Part shown: one piece after another, positions 39,565 to 47,815 of the stretch
How the letters are laid out: the number at the start of each line of letters is the position of its first letter
How positions within the stretch are numbered: position 1 is the first letter of the stretch
Assembly: GCF_049519115.1 (NCBI RefSeq)
Contig: NZ_JBEKRB010000007.1
Span: forward strand, 103,798-167,797
Origin: Bradyrhizobium sp.
Lineage (GTDB): Bacteria > Pseudomonadota > Alphaproteobacteria > Rhizobiales > Xanthobacteraceae
Reading direction: 5' to 3'
Length of the DNA: 64,000 nt
Notes under the pieces: generated by a model
The model's database searches: none
What the model was told of the DNA's origin: nothing
Seen by the model: the letters and a program-made list of their open reading frames with translations, nothing else
Translations under genes and position numbers: made by a program

Positions 39565-40080
39565 ATGCGTACCGAACTGGACAAGATCGTCGCCGCGCTG
39601 AAGGAATTTTATGCGCGCGAAGCATTCCTGTTTGAGCACGATCTCGGCGAGCGCGCCCTGGCGCATCGGCTGGCGCTGCATGTGGAGCGGCAGTTTCCGG
39701 ATTTCGAGGCCGATTGCGACTTCGACCGGCTCGGTCCGCGAACCCTGAACATGCCGCACGGTTCGATCGTGTCGACCGACGACCATCTCGGCAAATCGGT
39801 CTACCCCGACATCGTCGTGCATCAGCGCAGCGTTCCCAACAATCTGATCGCGATTGAGGTTCGCAAGGCCTCCAATCATCAGCCGCTGGAGCACGACCGG
39901 CAGAAGCTGCGCGCTTTGACCGATCCGCACATCTGGTTCGCCTACTGGATCGGTATTTTGCTGACGCTTGGAAAAAACAACGTCACGTCAACGGAAATCT
40001 ACGCGTCGGGCAAGCACGATCCCGAAATGTCCGGCGTTCTGGCCGAGCTATTGAAAGAGGCTGATATCGGCCTCGCTTGA
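39565..40080 (+). CDS. Hypothetical protein, possible PD-(D/E)xK nuclease fold
   Basis: YPDIVVHQR...NLIAIEVRK motif; start at MRTELDK. Confidence 0.6.
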   Translation: MRTELDKIVAALKEFYAREAFLFEHDLGERALAHRLALHVERQFPDFEADCDFDRLGPRTLNMPHGSIVSTDDHLGKSVYPDIVVHQRSVPNNLIAIEVRKASNHQPLEHDRQKLRALTDPHIWFAYWIGILLTLGKNNVTSTEIYASGKHDPEMSGVLAELLKEADIGLA

Positions 40081-40096
40081 GCCGCGCGCAAACGCG

Positions 40097-41212
40097 TCAC
40101 TGCGTCGGACGGACGGCCTTTTCCCGCATGCGGTAGAATTTGAGCGCGGTTCGCGCGGTCGCCGGCTGCAGCCGGTAGAAATTGGCGAAGGTCACGTCGA
40201 GCTGCTGGCGGGAAGAGCCGTTGACGCCGGCATGCATCAGCAACAGCTTCATCGTCGTCGCCCAGGAGATATCGAGCGCGCGGGCGAGAACGACGATCTG
40301 TTCGGTCTGGTTCTGCACCAGTGCGCGTTCCACGACGCCGACCGGCAGGTCGCACATCAAGGCGAGCGAGGCGACCACCAAATCGAAATTTCCTTCATCG
40401 GCGAAGGCCAGTAACTGCGGCTCGTTCAACTTGCCGGCGGCGTTCAGTTCACGCACCTCGTTGGAGGCTACCGAAAAGTCGTTGGAGCCGGCGCGCGCCT
40501 TGGTCTGGATGTCGTCGGTGGCTTGGGCAACCATCGACTTGATCAGTTCGGCGCGGCGAGGATCGGCTTCCACCAGCTGGTTCTTGACCGCCTCGGACGC
40601 ATCGACGAACAGCTTGACCAGGTTTTGCCGCGGGATATCCGGGCGGGACCAGACGCACAAAGCAAGGTCGCCGTCGTCGCACGCCTTGCGGACCAAAGTG
40701 GAGACCCCGAATTCGGAGAATTTCGCTCCGGCATTATGCGCGGTCGACGAGACCACGGCGTTGTTGCCGCGTTCCACCAGCACATCGGTCACGGCTTCGA
40801 CCAGGACCTTGCGGGTCGAGATCGCCAGCAGATGGTCCTGGCTCATCGTCTTCGCGGTGTCGACCAGCGTGTCGACGTCGAGGCGCTCGCTATGGGTGAG
40901 CAGGGGGCCGGCGACCTCGATCGCGTGATCGAATGCCAGCAGGCGGACCACCCCGCGCGGCGCATCGGGCAGTTTTGCGATGCGGCTGCCGAACTGCGCG
41001 CGGGCAGCACTTTCGATGTTGTCGACGAGCTTGCCCATCACGACATCGAACAGCGCGATCTGATCGTCGGAAAACGACCCGGATCGCAGCACGAAAAGGT
41101 CGGTGACCCGGCGCAGGACCTCGGCGCGCCGCGCCAGATCCTTGTTGCCAAGCGCGCTTTCGAGTTGATCGATCAAACCGCCCTGCGAATCTGCTTGCGC
41201 GCCCATGGTCAA
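40097..41212 (-). CDS. DUF2336 domain-containing protein
   Basis: LRRVTDLF, LAFDHAIEVAGPLL and HLLAISTR motifs. Confidence 0.85.
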   Translation of the reverse strand: MTMGAQADSQGGLIDQLESALGNKDLARRAEVLRRVTDLFVLRSGSFSDDQIALFDVVMGKLVDNIESAARAQFGSRIAKLPDAPRGVVRLLAFDHAIEVAGPLLTHSERLDVDTLVDTAKTMSQDHLLAISTRKVLVEAVTDVLVERGNNAVVSSTAHNAGAKFSEFGVSTLVRKACDDGDLALCVWSRPDIPRQNLVKLFVDASEAVKNQLVEADPRRAELIKSMVAQATDDIQTKARAGSNDFSVASNEVRELNAAGKLNEPQLLAFADEGNFDLVVASLALMCDLPVGVVERALVQNQTEQIVVLARALDISWATTMKLLLMHAGVNGSSRQQLDVTFANFYRLQPATARTALKFYRMREKAVRPTQ

Positions 41213-41233
41213 ATCCGGAAAAGAATTCTCCGC

Positions 41234-44200
41234 TTAGGCCACCATATTTTGCTTAACCGACGGATAACGGACGGTGAAATCGAGCTGGGAAGCGGGCACC
41301 GGCCGGCTGAAAAGATAGCCCTGGGCGAGGTTGACGCCTGCGGAGCGCATATATTCGAACTGCTCCTCGGTTTCGATGCCTTCCACGGTCGTGACCTTGT
41401 CGAGGCCTTTCGCGAGTGCGAGCACCGACGACACCACCGCGGCGTAGTCGCGGCGCTCCAGGACGCCGTGGGTGAAGGTCCGGTCGATCTTGATCTTGTC
41501 GAACGGAAAATTCGTCAGGTACGTCACCGACGAATAGCCGGTGCCGAAGTCGTCCAGCGCCAGGGATATGCCGAGGTTCTTGAGCTGGCGGATCGTCGCC
41601 AGATGGGCTTCCTGGTTTTCCAAGAGCGAGGTTTCGGTGATCTCCAGCTCCAGCCGCTCCGGATCGAGGCCGCTCTCGACCAGCGCGCACAGGATGACCT
41701 CAAACAGGTTGCCCCGTTTTAACTGAACGGCCGAAATGTTGATCGCGAGCTTGATATGCGCCGGCCACTGGGCTGCGTCGTTGCAGGCCCGTTGCAGGAT
41801 CCACTCGCCGATCGGCACGATCAGGCCGCTCGATTCGGCGAGCGGAATGAACTGATCGGGCCCAACCAGTCCCTTGACCGGATGCCGCCAGCGGACCAGC
41901 GCCTCGACGCCGCAGATTTGCCGGGTCGTGACGTCAACCACCGGCTGGTAATGCAGTTCGAATTGCTCGCGCGCGATGGCGTCGCGCAATTCGCTTTCCG
42001 CCGTTTGCTGCGAGGCTGCGTTTTCCAGCATGCCGGGCTGATAGATGCGGTAATCGCTCCGCCCATTTGCCTTTACGGCATAAAGTGCCAGATCGGCGCT
42101 CTTGAGCAGTCCTTCGGGGTCGGTGCCGTGTTCGGGCGCCAGCGCAATTCCGATGCTGGTGCCGACATTGACCTCAAACCCGCCGAGTTCGAACGGCTCG
42201 GCAATCGCGCTATTGATCCGCAGCGCCAGCGCGATCGCCCCCTCGTGCTGGCTGGGTCCGCCATCCTGAATGATGGCGAATTCGTCACCGCCGAGCCGTG
42301 CCAGCAGGTCGGTTTCCCGCAATGTGGATTTCAGCCGGCGGCCGACTTCGATTAGCAGTTCGTCACCGGCGGGATGGCCGAACATGTCGTTGACCGCCTT
42401 GAAGCGATCGAGATCGAGCATCATGACGGTGATGGCCTCGCCGCCGCGCTTCAGCCGCTTACAGGCCTCGTCGAGCTTCTCATTGAATTCGGCGCGGTTG
42501 GCGAGCCCCGTCAAAACGTCGTGGCGTGCCAGGTGGACGATTTCGGCTTCCGCGCGCTTTCGCTCGGTGATGTCTTCCACGATGGCGAGCCAGCCGCCGC
42601 CCGGCATCGGCTGACGCGACAGCAGCAGGAAGCGGCCGTCGGCGAGTTCATCGACCCGGTGCGAGTCTCTTGCCAGCGAAGACAGCTCGGTGACTTTCGC
42701 CTGGACGGCCTCGGGGCTCGTATCCGCCTTGGTGACGCCGCGGGTAAAGCGGTCGGCGATGATGTCCTCGTAGGGCGTTCCGACCTTCAGGAACTTTTCC
42801 GGCACGTCGTACAATTCGGCAAAGCGCTTGTTCCAGACCACGAGCCGCCTGCGTTCGTCGAACATCGACAGGCCCTGCGTCATGTGGCTCAGCGCCGCAT
42901 CGAACCGCAGGTTGATGCGCGCAAGCTCGGCAGCCTGATTGAAAAGGGCTTCCTCGTCGCTGACGCGTTCGGTGATGTCTTCGTGGATCGCGATCCATCC
43001 CCCGCCTGATATCGCTGTATTGGTGACCGACATCACGCGCCCGTCGTTCAAGCGCGAGATTTTTACGCTTCTGCCGTCCTTTAGCAGGTCGTTGCGGAAT
43101 TCGTCGACATAGGTTCTCGCGTCCATGTCGAGGCCGCTGATCAGCTTGCGATGCGCGACGATGTCGTAGATGTCCGCGCCGCGCGTGACGAGATCGGGCG
43201 ACATTCCGTACAGCTCGATGTAGCGCTCATTGCACACCATCAAGCGGCCGTCGGCATCGAACATGCTCAAGCCCGTCGGCATGTTGGCCAACGCGGCGTC
43301 GAAACGGGTATTGGTCTCGCGAAGTTCGATCGAATTTCTGGCAAGGTCTTTGGTGGCGCGCCAGACGAAAGCACCCATCACCAGGATGAAGCAGGTGATG
43401 GCCGCGGTCTCGATCAGCCGGCGAATCGCGTTGGCCTTCCACGGCGCCAGCAACTCATTCATGTTCTGCGCGACGGCGACGAAGATCGGATAGGTTTGTC
43501 CCTGCTCGTAGCTGTTGAAGCGCGTCACGCCGTCGATCGAAGCCTTGATTTCGAGGCTTCCAGAAGGCGCCTGTTTCAACTGCGCGAAGATCACGCTGTT
43601 GGTCATATCGCGGCCGACATTGGCCTCGACGAACGGCCGCCGTACCAGAAGCGTCCCATTTGTCGACACCAGGATGACGGCGCTGTTGTTGTCGAGTTCG
43701 AGGCGATCGTAGAAATCCTGGAAATATTGCGGATTGATCCCGGCCACCGCGACGCCGCCGAATGTCCCGTCGGGCTTGTTGTAGCGGCGCGTCACTGGAA
43801 TGAGCCAACCTTCGGCCTTGCGGCCCCGGATGGGAGCGCCGATGTGGAGCTCGTCGTGGGTGCGATGATAGGCAAGGTATTCTCGGTCGGAGAATTGTCC
43901 CGACGGCGCCTCGCCGAACGTGCTGACGATCATCGCGCCGTCGCTGTCGATCACGGCAAAGCTGACGAATTGAGACGAGTGGCGCACTTCGTCGGCGAAC
44001 CAGGCCCTGAGTCGCTCGTGCGTAACTGCATCGAGCGATTCGTGCTCCAGCCGTTCGACAACGCCGATCAGGATCGCGTCTGCCGTCCGGAAGGTCAGCT
44101 CGGCGTGCTGAAGCAGGGATTTCGTGAGATTGGCCGTCTGCAATCGCGCATTGGCGATGACTGTGGAACGCTGGGTGACGATGCGGGAGACTTCCAGGCC

Positions 44201-44329
44201 GATCAGCACGGTGCAGGCCAGCGCGACAAACCACGCGACCCGTGTCGCCAAACGTTGAGCGGTGCCGTTACCGGACCGCCTGGCCATCATCCATGCCTTG
44301 ACTCCGAACATGACGGCGCCGGTTCCCAA
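41234..44329 (-). CDS. Cache-PAS-PAS-GGDEF-EAL diguanylate cyclase/phosphodiesterase
   Basis: Periplasmic Cache region between TMs; two PAS-like repeats; RLGGDEF, VEALVRW and LDDFGTGYSS motifs. Confidence 0.93.
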   Translation of the reverse strand: MGTGAVMFGVKAWMMARRSGNGTAQRLATRVAWFVALACTVLIGLEVSRIVTQRSTVIANARLQTANLTKSLLQHAELTFRTADAILIGVVERLEHESLDAVTHERLRAWFADEVRHSSQFVSFAVIDSDGAMIVSTFGEAPSGQFSDREYLAYHRTHDELHIGAPIRGRKAEGWLIPVTRRYNKPDGTFGGVAVAGINPQYFQDFYDRLELDNNSAVILVSTNGTLLVRRPFVEANVGRDMTNSVIFAQLKQAPSGSLEIKASIDGVTRFNSYEQGQTYPIFVAVAQNMNELLAPWKANAIRRLIETAAITCFILVMGAFVWRATKDLARNSIELRETNTRFDAALANMPTGLSMFDADGRLMVCNERYIELYGMSPDLVTRGADIYDIVAHRKLISGLDMDARTYVDEFRNDLLKDGRSVKISRLNDGRVMSVTNTAISGGGWIAIHEDITERVSDEEALFNQAAELARINLRFDAALSHMTQGLSMFDERRRLVVWNKRFAELYDVPEKFLKVGTPYEDIIADRFTRGVTKADTSPEAVQAKVTELSSLARDSHRVDELADGRFLLLSRQPMPGGGWLAIVEDITERKRAEAEIVHLARHDVLTGLANRAEFNEKLDEACKRLKRGGEAITVMMLDLDRFKAVNDMFGHPAGDELLIEVGRRLKSTLRETDLLARLGGDEFAIIQDGGPSQHEGAIALALRINSAIAEPFELGGFEVNVGTSIGIALAPEHGTDPEGLLKSADLALYAVKANGRSDYRIYQPGMLENAASQQTAESELRDAIAREQFELHYQPVVDVTTRQICGVEALVRWRHPVKGLVGPDQFIPLAESSGLIVPIGEWILQRACNDAAQWPAHIKLAINISAVQLKRGNLFEVILCALVESGLDPERLELEITETSLLENQEAHLATIRQLKNLGISLALDDFGTGYSSVTYLTNFPFDKIKIDRTFTHGVLERRDYAAVVSSVLALAKGLDKVTTVEGIETEEQFEYMRSAGVNLAQGYLFSRPVPASQLDFTVRYPSVKQNMVA

Positions 44330-44686
44330 TGCTTTTGCGGGAAATGAAAGGAAATTCAGCCGCCAAGCGTAGGTTTAAGGGGTTAAAAAAGTGACGCGGC
44401 GATTCTGCAAAACCCCTTTGCAAGATCGAGTCGGATGGCTGCACGCGATGTGAAAATTCTCTCTGCTGTTGTCTGATTTTTTGTCTACCCGTTTTGCGTG
44501 CAGATCGGTTCCGTAGAACTACGGAACTGCGAACAGAGAACGCGCGGATCTTTGAATCCGCCGCTTCGCGGGGATTCACGCTGCGTTAAGTCTGCGAGTA
44601 AATGGATCGTAGCCTGCTTCCGGCGCAGGGGGTACGAAGAAGCTCATGAATCCGTCGCAAGGATCGGTCGCAGGTCGCCTTCGAAC

Positions 44687-45040
44687 TCAGCGGGATTCGT
44701 GAAGTGCGCGCACTTCCGCGTCGCGATGTTTTGCGATCAACTCCGGTTCTTTCTCGTCCAGCCTCGTCAGTTCCGAGCGCGCGTTTTCATCGGCGCGGAT
44801 CAGCTCATCCAGCTTGGCGTGAATCGCGAGCGTATCGCGGTGGCTTGAGCGTTGAATGAACAGCGTCATGATCCACACGATCAAGGTCGCAACGGCGCTG
44901 AAGTCGAAGGTTTGCCGGTCGAAGGCTAGCCAGGCGAGCGCATAAAGCAGAACGACGGCGAAAGCCGCCGGATGGGCGGCGGCCTGGCCGAGCGTGGTCG
45001 TCCAGTGTCGCCTTTCGTGCGATGTGATCTCCGAGGGCAT
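44687..45040 (-). CDS. Low-affinity iron permease (Fet4-like) family small membrane protein
   Basis: FIQRSSHRDTLAIHAKLDELI motif. Confidence 0.75.
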   Translation of the reverse strand: MPSEITSHERRHWTTTLGQAAAHPAAFAVVLLYALAWLAFDRQTFDFSAVATLIVWIMTLFIQRSSHRDTLAIHAKLDELIRADENARSELTRLDEKEPELIAKHRDAEVRALHESR

Positions 45041-45087
45041 TCGAAGCTAATTCCTTCGTGAGATAACGGCTGCGAACAAGCTTTGCG

Positions 45088-45257
45088 CCAGTGGATTGGA
45101 TTTGACATTCGCGACCCACTCAGCCGCAAACTCGCGAAACGCGAATGTCAAATCCTAAACTCCACTGGAAACCTATATTTTCCGGTGCTCCTTTGATTCG
45201 AACATTCGCAAAAGTGCCGGCTGAAAAGGGATGCGAATGTTAGAATCGGACCACTAG
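45088..45257. repeat. CTAG-capped twin-hairpin element, copy 7
   Basis: Hairpin A is CCAGTGGATT/ACTCCACTGG with a 16-bp stem and TAA bulge. Hairpin B has a TTT bulge and ends GGACCACTAG. It is an inverted relative of copy 4. Confidence 0.88.
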
Positions 45258-45664
45258 CCGGCCTCTTCTCTGGCGCGCTCCTGAATTTCTTCCTGCGCGG
45301 CATCCAGTTCTTCCGGACTGGCGTTTTCGATCGCCGCGATCTTGTTGTTGGCGGTCTCAAGCGCCAGGATCAATTCGGAGAGCTTGACCTGCAGCGCCTT
45401 GGTGTCGCGGTTTTGCGTATTTTGAATCAGAAACACCATCAGGAACGTGACGATCGTGGTGCCGGTATTGATCACTAGTTGCCATGTATCGCTGTAGTGA
45501 AAGACCGGGCCGAGAACGGCCCACACCAGCACGACCAGCACGGCGATCACGAACGCCGGCGAGGTGCCGGCCCAGGTCGCGGTCGACGCGGCAAAGCGCA
45601 CAAACCAGTGGGTTGAGCTGGTCGCGGAACCTGTCAGCGATGACACCGGGAGGCTGCCGCGCAT
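45254..45664 (-). CDS. Low-affinity iron permease (Fet4-like) family small membrane protein
   Basis: YSDTWQLVINTGTTIVTFLMVFLIQNTQNRDTKALQVKLSELI motif. Confidence 0.85.
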   Translation of the reverse strand: MRGSLPVSSLTGSATSSTHWFVRFAASTATWAGTSPAFVIAVLVVLVWAVLGPVFHYSDTWQLVINTGTTIVTFLMVFLIQNTQNRDTKALQVKLSELILALETANNKIAAIENASPEELDAAQEEIQERAREEAG

Positions 45665-45745
45665 GCATCCGTTCTCGAGAGGGCGATCCCGTTATAATTC
45701 CGTGGGTTCCCTATGGTTCCATCGGGGAAGGCTGGCTTCCGCTGG

Positions 45746-45910
45746 CTGGTGGAGTGGATTTGACTTTGTTCCCCTGTGGCCGCGCGCTCGTGGCGCGAAT
45801 GTCAAATCCAAAAACTCCACCAGGAACCTATTTGCTAGTGGTCCTTTGATTCTAGCATTTGCAAAAGTGCCTCCGACACCGAGATGCAAATGTTAGAATC
45901 GGACCACTGG
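45746..45910. repeat. CTAG-capped twin-hairpin element, copy 8
   Basis: Hairpin A is CTGGTGGAGT/ACTCCACCAG with an A-run bulge. Hairpin B is CTAGTGGTCC, TTT bulge, GGACCACTGG. Confidence 0.88.
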
Positions 45911-45997
45911 AGGAAGTGGCCGGATCGGGGTGCTTGCATCGTGCACCTCGGCAGCCATACTTTGAACCTACAGGGTTCACCTTGCGAGGAGTTCCGA

Positions 45998-46480
45998 TTG
46001 AGCGTCGCATTTACCAAGGAAGAGAGTGCGGAGACGGCTTCCGAGACCCTGCTGCCCGATCGGCCGATCTCGCCTCATCCCAATCTGGTAACCGGGACCG
46101 GATTGAAGACCCTGGAGCGTCAGCTCCGAGAGGCGCGCGAGGCCTATGAGGCCGCACACGGAATCGAAGACGTGAACGATCGCAGGCGGGAGGCGGCAAT
46201 CCCGTTGCGGGATCTGCGTTACTACTCGGAGAGAGTGAGAACGGCTCAACTCGTTCCCGATCCGACCTCATCCGAGGTCGTTGCCTTTGGCAGCACGGTG
46301 ACCTTCAAACGGAATGACGGCCGTGTGCAGCAATATCGGATCGTCGGAGAGGACGAAGCCGATCCCAAAGCCGGCTCGATTTCGTTCGCCTCGCCGGTGG
46401 CGAAGTCCCTGATGGGCAAAGGCGTGGGCGATGTCGCAGGCGCTGGAAGTCAGGAGCTTGAGATCTTTGCGATCTCGTAG
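45998..46480 (+). CDS. GreA/GreB C-terminal-domain family protein
   Basis: GAGGAG RBS and TTG start (MSVAFTKEES); VAFGSTV and YRIVGEDEADPKAGSISFASPVAKSLMG motifs. Confidence 0.85.
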   Translation: MSVAFTKEESAETASETLLPDRPISPHPNLVTGTGLKTLERQLREAREAYEAAHGIEDVNDRRREAAIPLRDLRYYSERVRTAQLVPDPTSSEVVAFGSTVTFKRNDGRVQQYRIVGEDEADPKAGSISFASPVAKSLMGKGVGDVAGAGSQELEIFAIS

Positions 46481-46533
46481 ACCCCGCTGCTCGTAGGCGC
46501 GACGTGACGCGGAATCGGGATCGCAGGCCCGCG

Positions 46534-46758
46534 TCAGCGCGTTCCAGCCCACCTTTTGCCGAAGTCAGGTGTGTCAGCCTTGTCGACCTGCCAATCGAAG
46601 AAATCGTAGTTGCCGGACCAGGCGTGGACCAGGCTGCCGCAGACTTCGCAAGCGAAGCTGCCGGAACGCCTGGTCGGCTGCTCTTCCTTGGTCACGCTGT
46701 AGGGCAGCGCGCAACTGGGACAGCTGAAATATTCGATGGTGAAAAGACTGCCTGCCAT
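46534..46758 (-). CDS. Small zinc-ribbon protein (74 aa)
   Basis: CPSC and CEVC pairs. Confidence 0.6.
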   Translation of the reverse strand: MAGSLFTIEYFSCPSCALPYSVTKEEQPTRRSGSFACEVCGSLVHAWSGNYDFFDWQVDKADTPDFGKRWAGTR

Positions 46759-46895
46759 CGCGCCATGATGCTATGCGCGGCGGGTTTGTCCAGCCCGACA
46801 GGTTGTGAGAGTCAATGACCTGCTACCCGGATCGTCGAGGCTGGTCGCGTACCAGCTAGCGATTTCTTAACCCGGTGAATTTTCGGCAAGCGTGA

Positions 46896-47426
46896 TCACA
46901 GGCACGTATCGTTCAGCATCAATCGGCAAGGCTTCTCCTTGCCTTTCGCGCCCTTGACGTTCCCTCTGCGCTCGGGTTCCGGCCCCGCAATCACCATCGC
47001 CCAGTAGATCTCACCGCTCTTGCTTCTGGCGCTGGCGATGCCGACGCGCGTGCCTTCGTGCATCAACAGGTTGCTGCGGTGGCCGTACGATCCGATCCAT
47101 TGGTCGAGCGCCTTCGCAAAAGTGGCGTCCCCTTGCGCAAGGTTTTCCGCAGCCCGCTCAGCGTTGAGGTTTGCGACGCGATCGGCGAATGGCTTCTGCA
47201 CGGCATGATCCATCCTGTCCCTTGCGGCCATCGCACCAGCCTGCTCCTGCGCGATGCGATTGAGGGCGGGATCGGTCGTGACCTTCCCTTCGCCGTGCGC
47301 GAGTCGATAATGTGAGATCATCTCGGCGGGAGAGGCGGCTTTCGCAGCTAACGAGCAAGCGAAGACGAGGAGGGCGACAGATAACGTGACGCGATATCCG
47401 ATCAAGATCAATTCGCCGAATTTCAT
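46896..47426 (-). CDS. CAP/SCP domain secreted protein
   Basis: AAENLAQG, WIGSYGHRSNLL and YWAMVI motifs; GAGG RBS before ATG 47426. Confidence 0.85.
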   Translation of the reverse strand: MKFGELILIGYRVTLSVALLVFACSLAAKAASPAEMISHYRLAHGEGKVTTDPALNRIAQEQAGAMAARDRMDHAVQKPFADRVANLNAERAAENLAQGDATFAKALDQWIGSYGHRSNLLMHEGTRVGIASARSKSGEIYWAMVIAGPEPERRGNVKGAKGKEKPCRLMLNDTCL

Positions 47427-47466
47427 GTTGCCTCGTAACGCCGCTGTTCCGATCTTGTCAAAAACG

Positions 47467-47491
47467 AAAAGCCCCGATTTGGGGCTTTTTT
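47467..47491. terminator. Rho-independent terminator (likely the native tRNA terminator)
   Basis: AAAAGCCCC-GATTT-GGGGCTTTTTT hairpin with A and T tracts, just downstream of the tRNA fragment on the minus strand. Confidence 0.75.
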
Positions 47492-47529
47492 GGGCTGGCC
47501 GCGCCATCCGGAGCCCGAAGGGCGAAGCA

Positions 47530-47574
47530 TGGTGGGCGCACAAGGGATCGAACCTTGGACCTCTCCCGTGTGAA
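47530..47574 (-). other. att junction: 3' 45 nt of tRNA-Val(CAC), not an intact tRNA
   Basis: Minus strand reads TTCACAC GGGAG AGGTC CAAGG TTCGATC CCTTG TGCGCCC ACCA. The 5' half (GGGCGCA acceptor, D arm) is absent, and an integrase lies next to it. Confidence 0.9.
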
Positions 47575-47618
47575 CATATGTGGCCACAGGCGGCCATCCC
47601 GGTCCATACTGCATTTTG

Positions 47619-47798
47619 TGTGCCCCTGTTGTGCCCCCTGTGAATTTTCCCCTGGGGCACAAAACGGGGGGAGGTCTGAGACCCGGTTCTGTTTGGGTCT
47701 GTCGATCATTCCTGCGTGGGCACAGGGCGAGGGAAAGGTCTGAGGCCAAGTTTTGTTCAAGGGCTGATCATCGTTCGTGCGGGGCACACCGGGGCACA
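47619..47798. repeat. GGGGCACA octamer cluster (probable integrase arm-type sites)
   Basis: TGTGCCCC at 47619 and 47630; GGGGCACA at 47654, 47781 and 47791; TGGGCACA at 47717. Confidence 0.65.
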
Positions 47799-47815
47799 AA
47801 GAAGGGGTAGGGATC

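Noticed and set aside
44330-44686. Possible c-di-GMP riboswitch upstream of the GGDEF-EAL gene
   Set aside because: I could not find the GEMM core (GCAAA/GAAA tetraloop-receptor layout); a covariance search would be needed.
2954-45910. Twin hairpins as a CRISPR array or as plain Rho-independent terminators
   Set aside because: Copies are kilobases apart with no repeat-spacer periodicity or cas genes. They lack U-tracts, have long bulged stems, and mostly lie upstream of genes.
47530-47604. Intact tRNA-Val gene
   Set aside because: No 5' acceptor strand, D arm or 5' anticodon stem; only the 3' 45 nt are present.
47427-47660. 254-aa version of the CAP protein
   Set aside because: The extension crosses the terminator and att site; a good RBS and start exist at 47426.
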